NCBI GenBank assembly: GCA_976226885.1
Contig: OZ320318.1
Location: forward strand, 73,470,001 to 73,534,000
DNA: 64,000 nucleotides
Reading direction: 5' to 3'
Source of the DNA: Iphione sp. A-MEVVRFRX5
Lineage: Eukaryota
Made by a program: the position numbers and the translations under genes. The notes below the pieces were generated by a model that saw only the letters and a program-made list of their open reading frames with translations, was not told the DNA's origin and ran no database searches. Of this stretch, positions 23,522-33,239 are shown in pieces (position 1 is the stretch's first letter; every line of letters starts with the position of its first letter).

Positions 23522-24352
23522 TCACCCTGTCGAGGTGGACGCCTGCGGTGAAGTTGGTGGCTGGCGTGGGGGTCCCAATGACGGAGTGGGTAGCGGTGGT
23601 GCAGAGGGCTCACTGTCCCACGAGGAGGGAAGTCTGGCTTTCTTTCTCTTGGGTGGAGTGGGGGTACTGTCCCGGTGGCGTGACCTCCGGTGTTCGTGCG
23701 ACCCCTCAACCCGCTCTCGGCTCCTCTTCTTGTCCTTGTGGCGGCCACCATGGCGAGATCTGGCTGAGTCGGACGTCCCGCTTCCCGTCTCCCCCTCGGC
23801 CTCTTTGGGGCGGCGGAGCCGCCCCCGCAAGGTGGTGGACCCTGGCTTCTTGTAGAATTCGTAATATTCTTCCTTCATTCGAGGTAGCAGTTTCTGTGCC
23901 CCTCCCTCGGCCAGGTGGGTCTTCGAATCCAGGTGCCGCCTCAGATTGTCCTTGCGCATAAAGATCTTCCCATCGCACTTCTCTCCTCCACATCCCCACG
24001 CAAAGCCCTCAGAGCTATGGGTCTGCACGTGTCTCTTAAGATTGTCCTTGCGGTCGCAGACCTTCTCGCAGAGTGGGCAGGGATATTCGTCTTTCTGGCT
24101 CTTCCTCATGGTGTCGAATGATGAGCATCCCCTGGGGCGAGTGTCACTTATATTCGAATCTGGCGCCGCAGCATCCTCCGCTCGATTTTCATTGGTTGGT
24201 AGCTTCCCTCCGCATCGCAGCCCCCTCCGCATTCCTCGTCCGCCCCTTTGATTGGCCACTTCGTTTTGAACTCCAACGGCTTTAGGTTTGCGGAGGTCCT
24301 CTGCCCTCTCCTCAGTTCTCCCTCCGCTTTTCTCGATGCGGAGGGTGGCCAC
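23522..24352 (-). CDS. two-C2H2-zinc-finger segment, in frame with and contiguous to the integrase C-terminus
   Basis: CPLCEKVCDRKDNLKRHVQTH and CGGEKCDGKIFMRKDNLRRHLDSKTH (23915-24079), followed by a basic/Ser-rich region. No stop lies between VVHADLLKP and this ORF. Confidence 0.85.
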   Translation of the reverse strand: MATLRIEKSGGRTEERAEDLRKPKAVGVQNEVANQRGGRGMRRGLRCGGKLPTNENRAEDAAAPDSNISDTRPRGCSSFDTMRKSQKDEYPCPLCEKVCDRKDNLKRHVQTHSSEGFAWGCGGEKCDGKIFMRKDNLRRHLDSKTHLAEGGAQKLLPRMKEEYYEFYKKPGSTTLRGRLRRPKEAEGETGSGTSDSARSRHGGRHKDKKRSRERVEGSHEHRRSRHRDSTPTPPKRKKARLPSSWDSEPSAPPLPTPSLGPPRQPPTSPQASTSTG

Positions 24353-24379
24353 GACAGCGCTATCTTCCCCCCGGGCCCC

Positions 24380-25420
24380 TGGCTTCAGGAGGTCGGCGTG
24401 TACTACTCTTTCTCACCGCCCCTTCTTGATGCGATAGACGGCGGCCGAGAGCTGCTTGCTGACCGGTATTTGCCTTGCCAGTATCGCTGTAACTTAGGGG
24501 ATAGCCCCGGCTTTTTCAACGGCAGGAAAAGGTACACCTCCTCCCCTACCGCGAAGTTTCGGGGCCGCACTCGGTGGTTGTACCAGTCGGTCTGGCGCTG
24601 GATTCCCTCCCCTAACCACTGGTTGGCCAGTTGATGGGCTTGTTTCATGCGTTCCATCTGCTCCTGGACATACGGTCCAACCTCCGCTCCTCCCTCCTGT
24701 GGGGGGGCCTCCGTAAGCTGCCTCGACGGGGAGTGTAGTCTCCCGATTCAGGATGAGGAAGTTTGGGGAGAATCGAGTGGTTCGGTGGGGGGTTGCCCGA
24801 TACGCAGCCGTTACAAACGGTAGCCGAAGATCCCAATCACGTTGATCTTCCTGGACCATCATTGCGAGCATATGCTCTAGCATTCGGTTGAACCTCTCCA
24901 CCACTCCATCGGCTTGGGGATGGTAGGGGGTGGTCCTGGTCTTCTGAAATCCGCAACCACTGAGCAGCTGGGCCACTAGTTCTGCCTCAAAGTTCCGGCC
25001 TTGATCGCTGTGGATTACTCGGGGAGGCCCAAACCGACAAATCACCTCCCTCATCAACACCTCCGCAGTAGCCTCCGCGGTTTGTTCCTTGAGCGGGAAG
25101 GCCTCCGCCCATTTACTAAAATGATCCCCTACCACCAGGATGTACTTGTTGGCCTGGGGCGTCCTCGGAAATGGTCCGGCGATGTCCACGGCTACCAACT
25201 CCCAAGGTCCCGGACTCTGGCGATGCTGTAGTAGAGTTCGTTTCCTCCGACTGGGCCCCTTCGCCTCCAGACAACGCGGGCAGGCCGTTCCCCACACAAT
25301 CAAGTCCCGAGTCATTCCCGGCCAGAAATACTTCCCCCGGAGGAGACCAGCCATTTTCTGAGGGCCAAGATGGCCACCCATGACTCCCTGGTGAATTATC
25401 GTCCAGCACTCCTTTCGTAG
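24380..25420 (-). pseudogene. pol: Pol part 2: integrase, disrupted by two compensating frameshifts and a TGA
   Basis: HHCC (H...GGHLG...CPRC), VAVDIAGP, IHSDQG, GVVERFN, then SPKLQRYWQGKY and VYRIKKGR*ERVVHADLLKP. Lesions: +1 at 24701-24707, -1 near 24463, TGA at 24413-24415. Confidence 0.92.
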
Positions 25421-28049
25421 GGGGGGGGACCCAGGCTTGCCACCAGGCCCTTCCGTCTTCATGTTCCCACCTCCGCACGATCAGTCCTCCGCGAGCCTGT
25501 AGTCGTTTCCACTCCCCTACCAGCCGTCGCTCTTCCCAGCTGGTCTCTGTCTTGACCTCGGGGGGGCCTTCCCCCCGCTCCAGCCGTCCTAGTAACTCGC
25601 CCCCAATCGGGTCCGCTAGGGTGTCTCTAGCCATGGCGGATGATGAAGGAGCCTCCGCCCTCACTTCCGCAGTCAGAATAGCAGTCGTCTCCTCGGGCTC
25701 TCGTTGGCCGCACTGTTTACATGGCCGCCTTGACAACCCGTCGGCATTGTTGTGTACCCTCCCTGGCCAATGTATCACTTCCACCTCTCGACAGGCCAAT
25801 TCTTCTAGCCAGCGCGCCATTTGGCCCTCCGGCTCTTTGAAGTTCATGAGCCACCGGAGGCTCCCATGGTCTGTGCGAACCACTACCTTCCTTCCGCTAA
25901 CGTAGGTCTTGAATTTCCGGAGGGCGAAGATCACAGCTAGCAGCTCCTTCCGAGTTACGCAATAGCGTTGCTCGGGCTTGGTGAGGGCTCGACTAGCATA
26001 CATCAGCACTCTCTCCCGGCCGTCCTGCTCCTGGGAGAGGACTGCACCCACTCCTTCGCCGGAAGCGTCAGTGTCCACGATTAGGCGCCCTTCTGGCTGA
26101 GGGTATCCCAGGATGGGTGCGGAAGTTAGGCAATGCTTAAGATCTTCAAAGGCGGCTTCCTCTTCACTTCCCCACCAGAACTCCGCTTCTTTGTCCAACA
26201 GTCGATGAAGGGGGGCGGCTCGCCGCGCAAAGTCTCGGATAAATGAGCGGTAATAAGAGGCTAAACCCAGGAAGGCACGGAGACTGGCCAAGGTCACCGG
26301 AACTGGCCACTCTGCTACGGCTTGAACCTTCTCCGGGTCAGGACGGACCCCACCTGCACTAACGATATGGCCGAGGTACTGTACCTGTTCTCGGAGGAGC
26401 TGGCACTTGCTAGGTTTCACTTTGAGACCGGCGGCCTCCAGCCGTTGGAGCACCTCCGCCAGGCGGTCACACATCTCCCCCACCGTCTTGGCCATGATGA
26501 TGACATCGTCCAAGTACACAAGGCAGGAGTCCCCGATCAGACCGCGGAGGACGACATCCATCAATCGTTCGAATGTGGAGGGGGCGTTACAGAGACCGAA
26601 GGGCATGACCCGGAACTGGTAGAGTCCGGATGGAGTGCAAACGGCCGTCTTCGGGCGGTCCTCTGACCGGACCGCTACTTGCCAATACCCAGAAGCCAGG
26701 TCGATCACCGTGAAATACCTGGCTCCGGCCAGCGCATCCAGGGTGTTATCCACGCGTGGTAGGGGGTAAGCATCCTTGCGCGTTCGTTCGTTGAGCTGTC
26801 GGAAGTCTATATGAAACCGGCATTCCCCACTCCGCTTCTTGACCAGTACCACCGGTGAGGCCCACGGGCTGCTGGAGGGTTCCAACACCCCTTGTCGTAC
26901 CATTTTTTTGATCTCCGCCTCCGCGATGCGCATTTTATGGGGTGGAAGATGTCGGAACCTCTGTCGCACCGGGGCGGCCTCCCCTGTATGAATTTCATGC
27001 TCAACGAGAGTGGTGCGCCCTAGATCGGTACCCTCCCTCTGGAAGGCGCGGCGGTGAGTCCAAAGCACCTGCCTCAGTCGCTCCCGCTCTTTCACCGTGC
27101 TTCCCGAGGGCAGCTCGGACATTAGCTCTTTGATTAGCCGTGCGTAGAGGGACTCCTCTGCCTCACCCTCCTCCTTAGCTGGTACCTCACCTAATGCCCT
27201 AGGTTCGCCTGGATCGTCTTCCCTCCACAGTTCCTCCTCGACCTCCTCCGCCTCCGCTACCTGCGTCCCCCTCCGTAGCCAGACCTCCCCCTCCGCCACA
27301 TTCAGACAGAGGAGTTGGGCCCGTCCATTGTCCACGTTAGCCACTGCATGTGGCACTCGCACCCCCGCTCGCTGTTCCAGCGCGGGGACCGGTCCTACAA
27401 TCCATTCGCCCCCTTGGGCCTGACCGATGGTCACCGAGATAAGGGTCTTGGCCCGGGCTTCCAAACAGGTGTCCTGTGCCAGCTGTACTCGTTCTGGTCG
27501 CGCTCTGTTCTTCCTGATGGTGATTGTCCCGGTGGCTGTGTCCACTACAGCCCTCCTCCGGCGGAGGGCGTCCATCCCCAGGATGGCAGCTTGCTCCACC
27601 TCTGCAACCAGGGCTTCCAACGTCCAGGGTGTCTCCCCGAAGACCACCGTCACCTCGGTCCTCCCCACACAGGGGAAGGGCGCCCCGTTGGCGGCAATGA
27701 TGCGTCGCCCTGGTAGGACCGTGACAGGCAGGCAGAGGGCCTCCGCCGTTCGCACCGCGAGGATGGTGGTTGAGGCTCCTGTGTCCACCAGCCAGGTCAT
27801 TTCTTGGCCTCCGACCTTCCCTCGTAGCCCTAGCGCCCGCCCCCTTAGGACTGTGAGGGCTTCGTCTTCCTCCTTCGGCGGCATGGCCGCCCTCTTCTGG
27901 AGCCAGTCATTGAGCTGTTCCTTGGGGATGGACTCCTCCGCCGCCTCTCCCTGTCCCCTTACAGGGAGGGCGGCACGTCGTTTTCCGCCGGCTTCGGCCG
28001 AGAAGGGCAATCCCGTTTGAAATGCCCCTCCTTCCCACAGCGGAAGCAC
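25420..28049 (-). CDS. pol: Pol part 1: aspartic protease, reverse transcriptase, RNase H (in -1 frame to gag)
   Basis: LVDTGAS (PR); WASPVVLV, DAYPLP, MPFGLCNAP, YLDD (RT); VDTDAS, ELLAV, ADGLSR (RH). The frame switches at the G9 run 25420-25428. Confidence 0.95.
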
Positions 28050-29224
28050 CCGGTTCGACTGCCCGTTGCTGGACCTTGTTCCAACCGCCTCTCTAGCTGG
28101 TCTAGCTTCTTAGCGAGTCGGTCCAAGAAGTCGTCTTCTCGCTTGGCCCGGGCGTCTCCCTCCACCGTCGACAGCGAGTGGCAGCCAGCCCTTCCGCCAT
28201 AGGCTTTCCCGGTCGGTTCCCTTTCCCTCCGGCCCTGGAAATAGGCCTCCCCAAAGAGGGCCTCCGATACTGCCGCGCGGAAGTTGGCCACCCTCTGCTG
28301 CACCACCCACTTCCTCACCTTCTCATCCACAATCGCCTGGATGAAGCTATCCCGGCAGAGCTCATCTGCCCATTGCCCTCGTACCCCCGGGTATGCCCGT
28401 TTCACCAGGTTCTCCACTTCGTCGGCCAGTTGGGATAAGTCGGCCTCGCCTTGCTTGTGGGTCTTTAACTGCTGTTTAAATAGGTCCACCTGATCTGGCG
28501 ACCGGAAGCGACTGCGGAGGGCCTCCACGAACTTCTGGTAGGCCCGTGGATCGTGGACCCGCACGCCGGAGTTCCGCATGGTGGTCCGTGCCGGACCACG
28601 GAGACTGATTCCGAGATGAATGGCCTTCTCCTTGGTTGTCCATCGATTGGCGGCGGCGACGAGGCCGAAGTGGTGAAGGTAATCGTCAAGGTCCGTCGAG
28701 CCATCGTATGGCTCGGGCTTAGCTCTACCCTTCCGGGGCCGCTCATCTGAGTCCTCTCCTGTTTCCTCTTCCTCCTCCTCCTCCTCTTCTGACTCCTGGT
28801 GGGGGTCTTCCCCTTCGGGGAGTTCCTCCTCTCTTCCGGCTGGCTGTCCCTCCCCCAAGCCGGGGGCCCCTGCCGCCCCGGGGTCCTCCGCAGGGTGGGC
28901 CCCTGCCGAGCCGTCTTCACCGCTCCTTGGGGGGGAAGCCGATTCCCCCTCGGTACCTTCGCCCCCTCCCCATAGCCTCGAAGGGGTGCGTACTGGGCGC
29001 GGCCTCCCAGTGGGCAGTTGCGCTGCTTCTCCCCCGTCGGCGTCCTCCGCAGTTGCCCTGCGGGTAACCCTCCGCGTCCCGGCTGCCGTGGCTGCTTTCT
29101 CCGGAGGGGGTGTTTGTTCCCTTTCAGGGCCTCGATTCATCGGCCCCGAGGTTCCCCTTCGCAGTCCACTTCTGTGGGCGTGGGTTCGAATCCCACTTCT
29201 GACACCAATGTTGGCCTCTGCCAT
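27959..29224 (-). CDS. gag: Gag (421 aa)
   Basis: Capsid-type PEPYDGSTDLDDYLHHFGLVAAANRW...LGISLRGPA and a C-terminal CFRCGKEGHFKRDC zinc knuckle. The ATG lies inside the LTR. Confidence 0.93.
   Translation of the reverse strand: MAEANIGVRSGIRTHAHRSGLRRGTSGPMNRGPEREQTPPPEKAATAAGTRRVTRRATAEDADGGEAAQLPTGRPRPVRTPSRLWGGGEGTEGESASPPRSGEDGSAGAHPAEDPGAAGAPGLGEGQPAGREEELPEGEDPHQESEEEEEEEEETGEDSDERPRKGRAKPEPYDGSTDLDDYLHHFGLVAAANRWTTKEKAIHLGISLRGPARTTMRNSGVRVHDPRAYQKFVEALRSRFRSPDQVDLFKQQLKTHKQGEADLSQLADEVENLVKRAYPGVRGQWADELCRDSFIQAIVDEKVRKWVVQQRVANFRAAVSEALFGEAYFQGRREREPTGKAYGGRAGCHSLSTVEGDARAKREDDFLDRLAKKLDQLERRLEQGPATGSRTGCFRCGKEGHFKRDCPSRPKPAENDVPPSL
27980..27986 (-). promoter_or_regulatory. candidate -1 ribosomal frameshift heptamer G_GAA_AAC
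   Basis: It lies in the gag/pol overlap after the zinc knuckle, pol is in the -1 frame, and no in-frame ATG precedes it within the open pol frame. Confidence 0.55.
29159..29207 (-). other. extended primer-binding site: complement of 49 nt of mature tRNA-Leu 3' half including CCA
   Basis: Plus strand reads T CGCAG T CCAC-TTCT-GTGG GC GTGGG-TTCGAAT-CCCAC TTCTGAC A CCA. This is the anticodon-stem 3' side, variable arm, T arm, acceptor strand and CCA of a class II tRNA-Leu (CAG-type by CGCAG). Confidence 0.9.
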
Positions 29225-29431
29225 AATGAAGACGACATAAGTTGAGGAGAATGATGTTTATTGCTGAAGAGCTTCGACACAACTGACAGCGAATCCAACA
29301 CACAACGCATTTATATAGCAAATTGAAACCCTCCGCAGTATAAATAATACCCTCCGCGGTGCACCCTCCGCACCCTCCGCACCCTCCGCACCCTCCGCTA
29401 AATGGTCCTCCGCTTCCCCCCCGTCGCTACA
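29209..29431 (-). repeat. 5' LTR (223 bp)
   Basis: Minus strand reads TGTAGCGAC...GGCCAACA. It contains GCGGAGGG repeats, a TATA (plus 29311-29318) and AATAAA (plus 29257-29262). Confidence 0.95.
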
Positions 29432-29789
29432 ATATATTGGGCTTATTTACAGAGAAAGTTTCATTGAAAAAATGTAAAGAAAGTGATTTGAAATCTGCTG
29501 ATGTTTTCTATTCTTAAAGCTCCCCGCCTTATCTATAGCGGTAACATCATCTGATAATTTTTTCTGAAGTATATGCTATGTTTACCTTCAATGCCTTTAT
29601 GAGGATTCACCGAGAGCAGGGTTGAATCATCTAGTAGCTGGCCCATTCTCGTGTCTGCACACACGAAGCCTGGTGACTGTTTACATGACTGCCAGCTATA
29701 GCCACCATCCACACTGAGTAAGGATTTGCGAGAGTATCTTGATTTTGGCGCTACTTGCCAGGTCAGCCAGTAAAGATAAGATTATCTTC

Positions 29790-29960
29790 GTTTTATGTCT
29801 CGATCCATTGGCTCGCTGTCCAACAGCTACCTTCATCTTCCAAAGCCAGGGGGCTGCGCTGTTATCCGGGCGTAATATGAACTCTTGTTCATAGAAGTAA
29901 CGTTGCCACTCTATTAAACTAGCACTACTTGCAACACCTTCTTCCTTGATACGTGAGACA
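29790..29960 (-). pseudogene. old Gypsy RNase H remnant
   Basis: EWQRYFYEQEFILRPDNSAAPWLWKMK..VGQRA resembles the Gypsy RH motif FR.YLYG.EF.LRTDH.AL.WL..MK...GQ.ARW. Confidence 0.65.
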
Positions 29961-30507
29961 CCTGCAAGCCTCAAAGAAGACAGATTATATTACGCTCCCT
30001 CTTTTTCATTTATCTCAGATAAAACCATGGCCTCCTAGTCATTAGGAACACTTTCATTCTTTAGGCCTGGGCATATGAAGTCTTTATCAAGACTATGCTA
30101 AATAGGCTTTGATACTGTCCAAATTGATTATTGCATAATGTTTCATTACATTTGCGTCGTATGAACAAAGACCAAGGAAAATCAAGTAGCGCGGGAGACT
30201 GTTGTGGTCTTTTCTACATTGGTACATCTATGTTTCTTGGAGACACAATGCCTCAAAAATTGGTATTTAGAAACAATTAATTACAACAGAGCTTTAATGC
30301 TAACACTGTCGTTGTGCCCCTTAGGGCCAGTTTCCTTACCTGCATTGAGTTGTATTTCCCTGCATTTGCTAACAACGTGTATTAACATTCATTTTACACG
30401 TGTTTTACCTTAATACAGCCTGATGGAGAGTGCTGTCTATTGGTGTTCATTATGAACATTGCATTTGTGTAGGTAAAGGAAGATAAAAATCATGAATAAG
30501 TAGGAAA

Positions 30508-30686
30508 ATGATGCTTAAAGCCATGAAAATTTGCAAGAATCACCGGAAATATAATGCAAAGGACATAATTATATGATGCTTAATCTAACAAGGCGGATGA
30601 TGGCTCAAGGCATTCCTAGGCAAAAGCTTAATGATGCCTAAAGGCATTCCGATGTAAGGGGCAAATGATGTCTTCTAGGCATCATT
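30508..30686. repeat. cluster of 5 imperfect palindromic ATGATGCCTAAAGGCAT-like motifs
   Basis: Copies at about 30508, 30573, 30597, 30631 and 30665. Confidence 0.7.
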
Positions 30687-33239
30687 GATTAGGGCATATT
30701 TGTGAAGAGTTCCTGTAATTTCTTTTCCCATAAAGGGCATACGTAAATCAGTTAAGATAAGCTCATTTTCCTTATCAACTACGAGAAATTATTGTTATTT
30801 TATAATTTTTTATGTATCAGGCCTACAAGAGCATTGTCATGTGAACCCCCTTGCCCTCTCGGAGGTTGTTCATTTAAATATCCTTGCCCTGTAGTGACAT
30901 TATCTTATATTTGGTCCAGCCTTGAATGGGTTTAAGCCACACGAAACGGTGAAAATGACTCAAATTTTAGAAAAGGATGTATTTGGGCATTAATGTGCAT
31001 AAATGTGTGTGAATGATGCTTATAAGTGAGTAAAAGTGGGTAAAAATGAGGAAATGTGAAGAAATATACATGTTTTCCTTGCATTTGTGTGTTTGTGCAT
31101 TGCTTTATCAGGCAGTGACCATTAACTCTAGATTGATAATGTTAATATCAGAGGTTAAGATTATTGATATTAGTGGAGTTTTCTTGATTTTTGACATGAC
31201 TATTATTTTTTGTAAGCTATCCACTATCACCCGAAATTTTGCAAAATACACTGGGTTACCATGGAAAACCAGTCACATGGCCAGTCAGGATAGCATACAT
31301 CTTTCTTATTTGTATATATTTGCATACATTTTCATAGATATAAGCCTTAGAAATGATCTAAAATGATGAATCGTAGGAATATGATCGCAACTCATGATAA
31401 TGTGTTGGAGACTTTATCTTAGCAGTGAAACTGAAGTACTTCATGGTTGTTCACTGAGGAAATTAGTGTAGATGAAAGCCATATAACATACATTAGGATA
31501 CATTTCCAAATATAAATATTATTTATTAGTTTATAATTCTTAAATTTAATTAAAATATGATAAAAACTGGTCTCTGTTTCTTTTCTTCATAACAATTCTT
31601 AAGAAAATCACAGTTTCTTCCATGTGAAGTTATTTGTGGCTAAAATTTTCCAATGAATGATAATTATATCCATTTTAGTACCTTCCCATGATGCATCGAA
31701 TCTGCATCAGTGATGCTAATGCACATGGTGATGCATTATTTTTGCATGAGACATCTAAAATCACAGGTCATGATCAAATGTGTTCCAGATTACTTACAGA
31801 GATAAATAAGGTATCAGAATACTGGAAATTACCTGCTGCACAAATTCTTAACATTTCTTGAACATTTTCTCCTAGGAACAATTTTTTTGAATGGTTGCCT
31901 CCCAGTATTGGAAATTAGAGTAAATTACATGTAATTTTCCTCAATTATATCATACTTCGAATGCTGTCTTTTTGTCATGGTAACCAACAAAATGGCAATG
32001 ATTTTAAAAAACATGTAATTCAAGAGCTTTCACATGATACAGAGCATTGCCAAGCATCTCCTGTATTAAACCCTGAAGCTAAAGATAAAATATCAAAGCA
32101 CAGTTATCTATTCAGAATACTTTATTTTGCATGATCTGAACCTATCACAGCTCCATGCACAGAAATGCACATGCACCCATTAGGCAGCCTCCATTAGAAT
32201 CAATATGATCTATAAAAATGGACCGTAATGGACTAAAAATGGACCGAAAACAGACCGAAAATGCACAGACACCAACAGAGGTAAGGAAAGCCGCCCTTAG
32301 TAAACCCTTCTCCAAGCATTTCGCTGTATTGTTAGAGTTTTGAATATCGAAACACATTTTTTTGTTTCATTTATGGAGTCCCTTAACATAAACAAGCACT
32401 GGCTGGTGTATTTACCCGACCATAAGTCACCATTTGGCCTCTTATCGTCATTACATTGGTATAAGGCTTACCAATTTGGTTATTATTTCTGGGTCGTGTA
32501 GCAGAGTACAACTCAGAAGATAAGGCAATTGTGATTTTATGGAGAACAGAGACAACATGTGCCAGGGTGATGTCTCTTTAGGGTACAGACTAGTACTACT
32601 ATACACAGACACACACATATATAAATATATATATATATATATAAACCTAAGATTGGAGTTCAGATACGCCATAGAAATTAGAAGTATGAACTGCAACATA
32701 GTGATACAATTTCTATCGATCGACCGTTAGCTTTGGTCAAAACATTTCCCTGTACTGAAGTTACAGATCGTTTGTGTTCCAATCCATCTAAGAGACATCC
32801 TGTTGACCATAAGGAATACTCATTGTGATGGGGCAATGCCTATCTAAACTGATGAAGGCGTGTGACTGATACAAATCCATAGAATTTCCTATATGCACAA
32901 TTTAGAAAACCTTTGAAATACAGAAAATTATACACATGCGTCTGGGAAACTGAACGCAGACAAACAAAAAAGGTGATAAATGGCAAATATATATTCAGAG
33001 CACATGTTCAGTCATGACCTTTCAAACGGGTAACCGTCCTTCCCACCAATATGGTCCTGTTACCAGATAATACTGCTGTTGAATCGAGCACACTAGCATA
33101 TCCTGGTGCGAAAATCTTGTATAATAGTATAGATGAATTATTATAATGAAAATATTCATATATATAATGAACACAAGGGAGTCAGATCAATTCCAATTGG
33201 TATATAAGTCATTTATTATGGTCAAATCACTGTACATGT

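Larger units (their letters stand above)
19885..29431 (-). mobile_element. Ty3/Gypsy LTR retrotransposon (full-length unit 20793-29431) followed by tandem miniature units
   Basis: Three TG...CA LTRs, three tRNA-Leu PBS and two PPTs, gag with a CCHC knuckle, and pol in PR-RT-RH-IN order. Confidence 0.96.

Noticed and set aside
21371-23855. Antisense ORFs (21371-22153 and 22731-23855, plus strand) as retrovirus-like antisense proteins
   Set aside because: The sequence is GC-rich and repetitive, so long shadow frames are expected. They have non-ATG or weak starts and no recognisable motifs.
29159-29207. tRNA-Leu gene
   Set aside because: Only the 3' half is present, it includes CCA, and it sits at the PBS. 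No D arm or A box is present.
19880-29440. Target-site duplication for the Gypsy element
   Set aside because: The left end is truncated within gag at an A/T block, so there is no LTR-flank junction to compare with the right flank ATATA.
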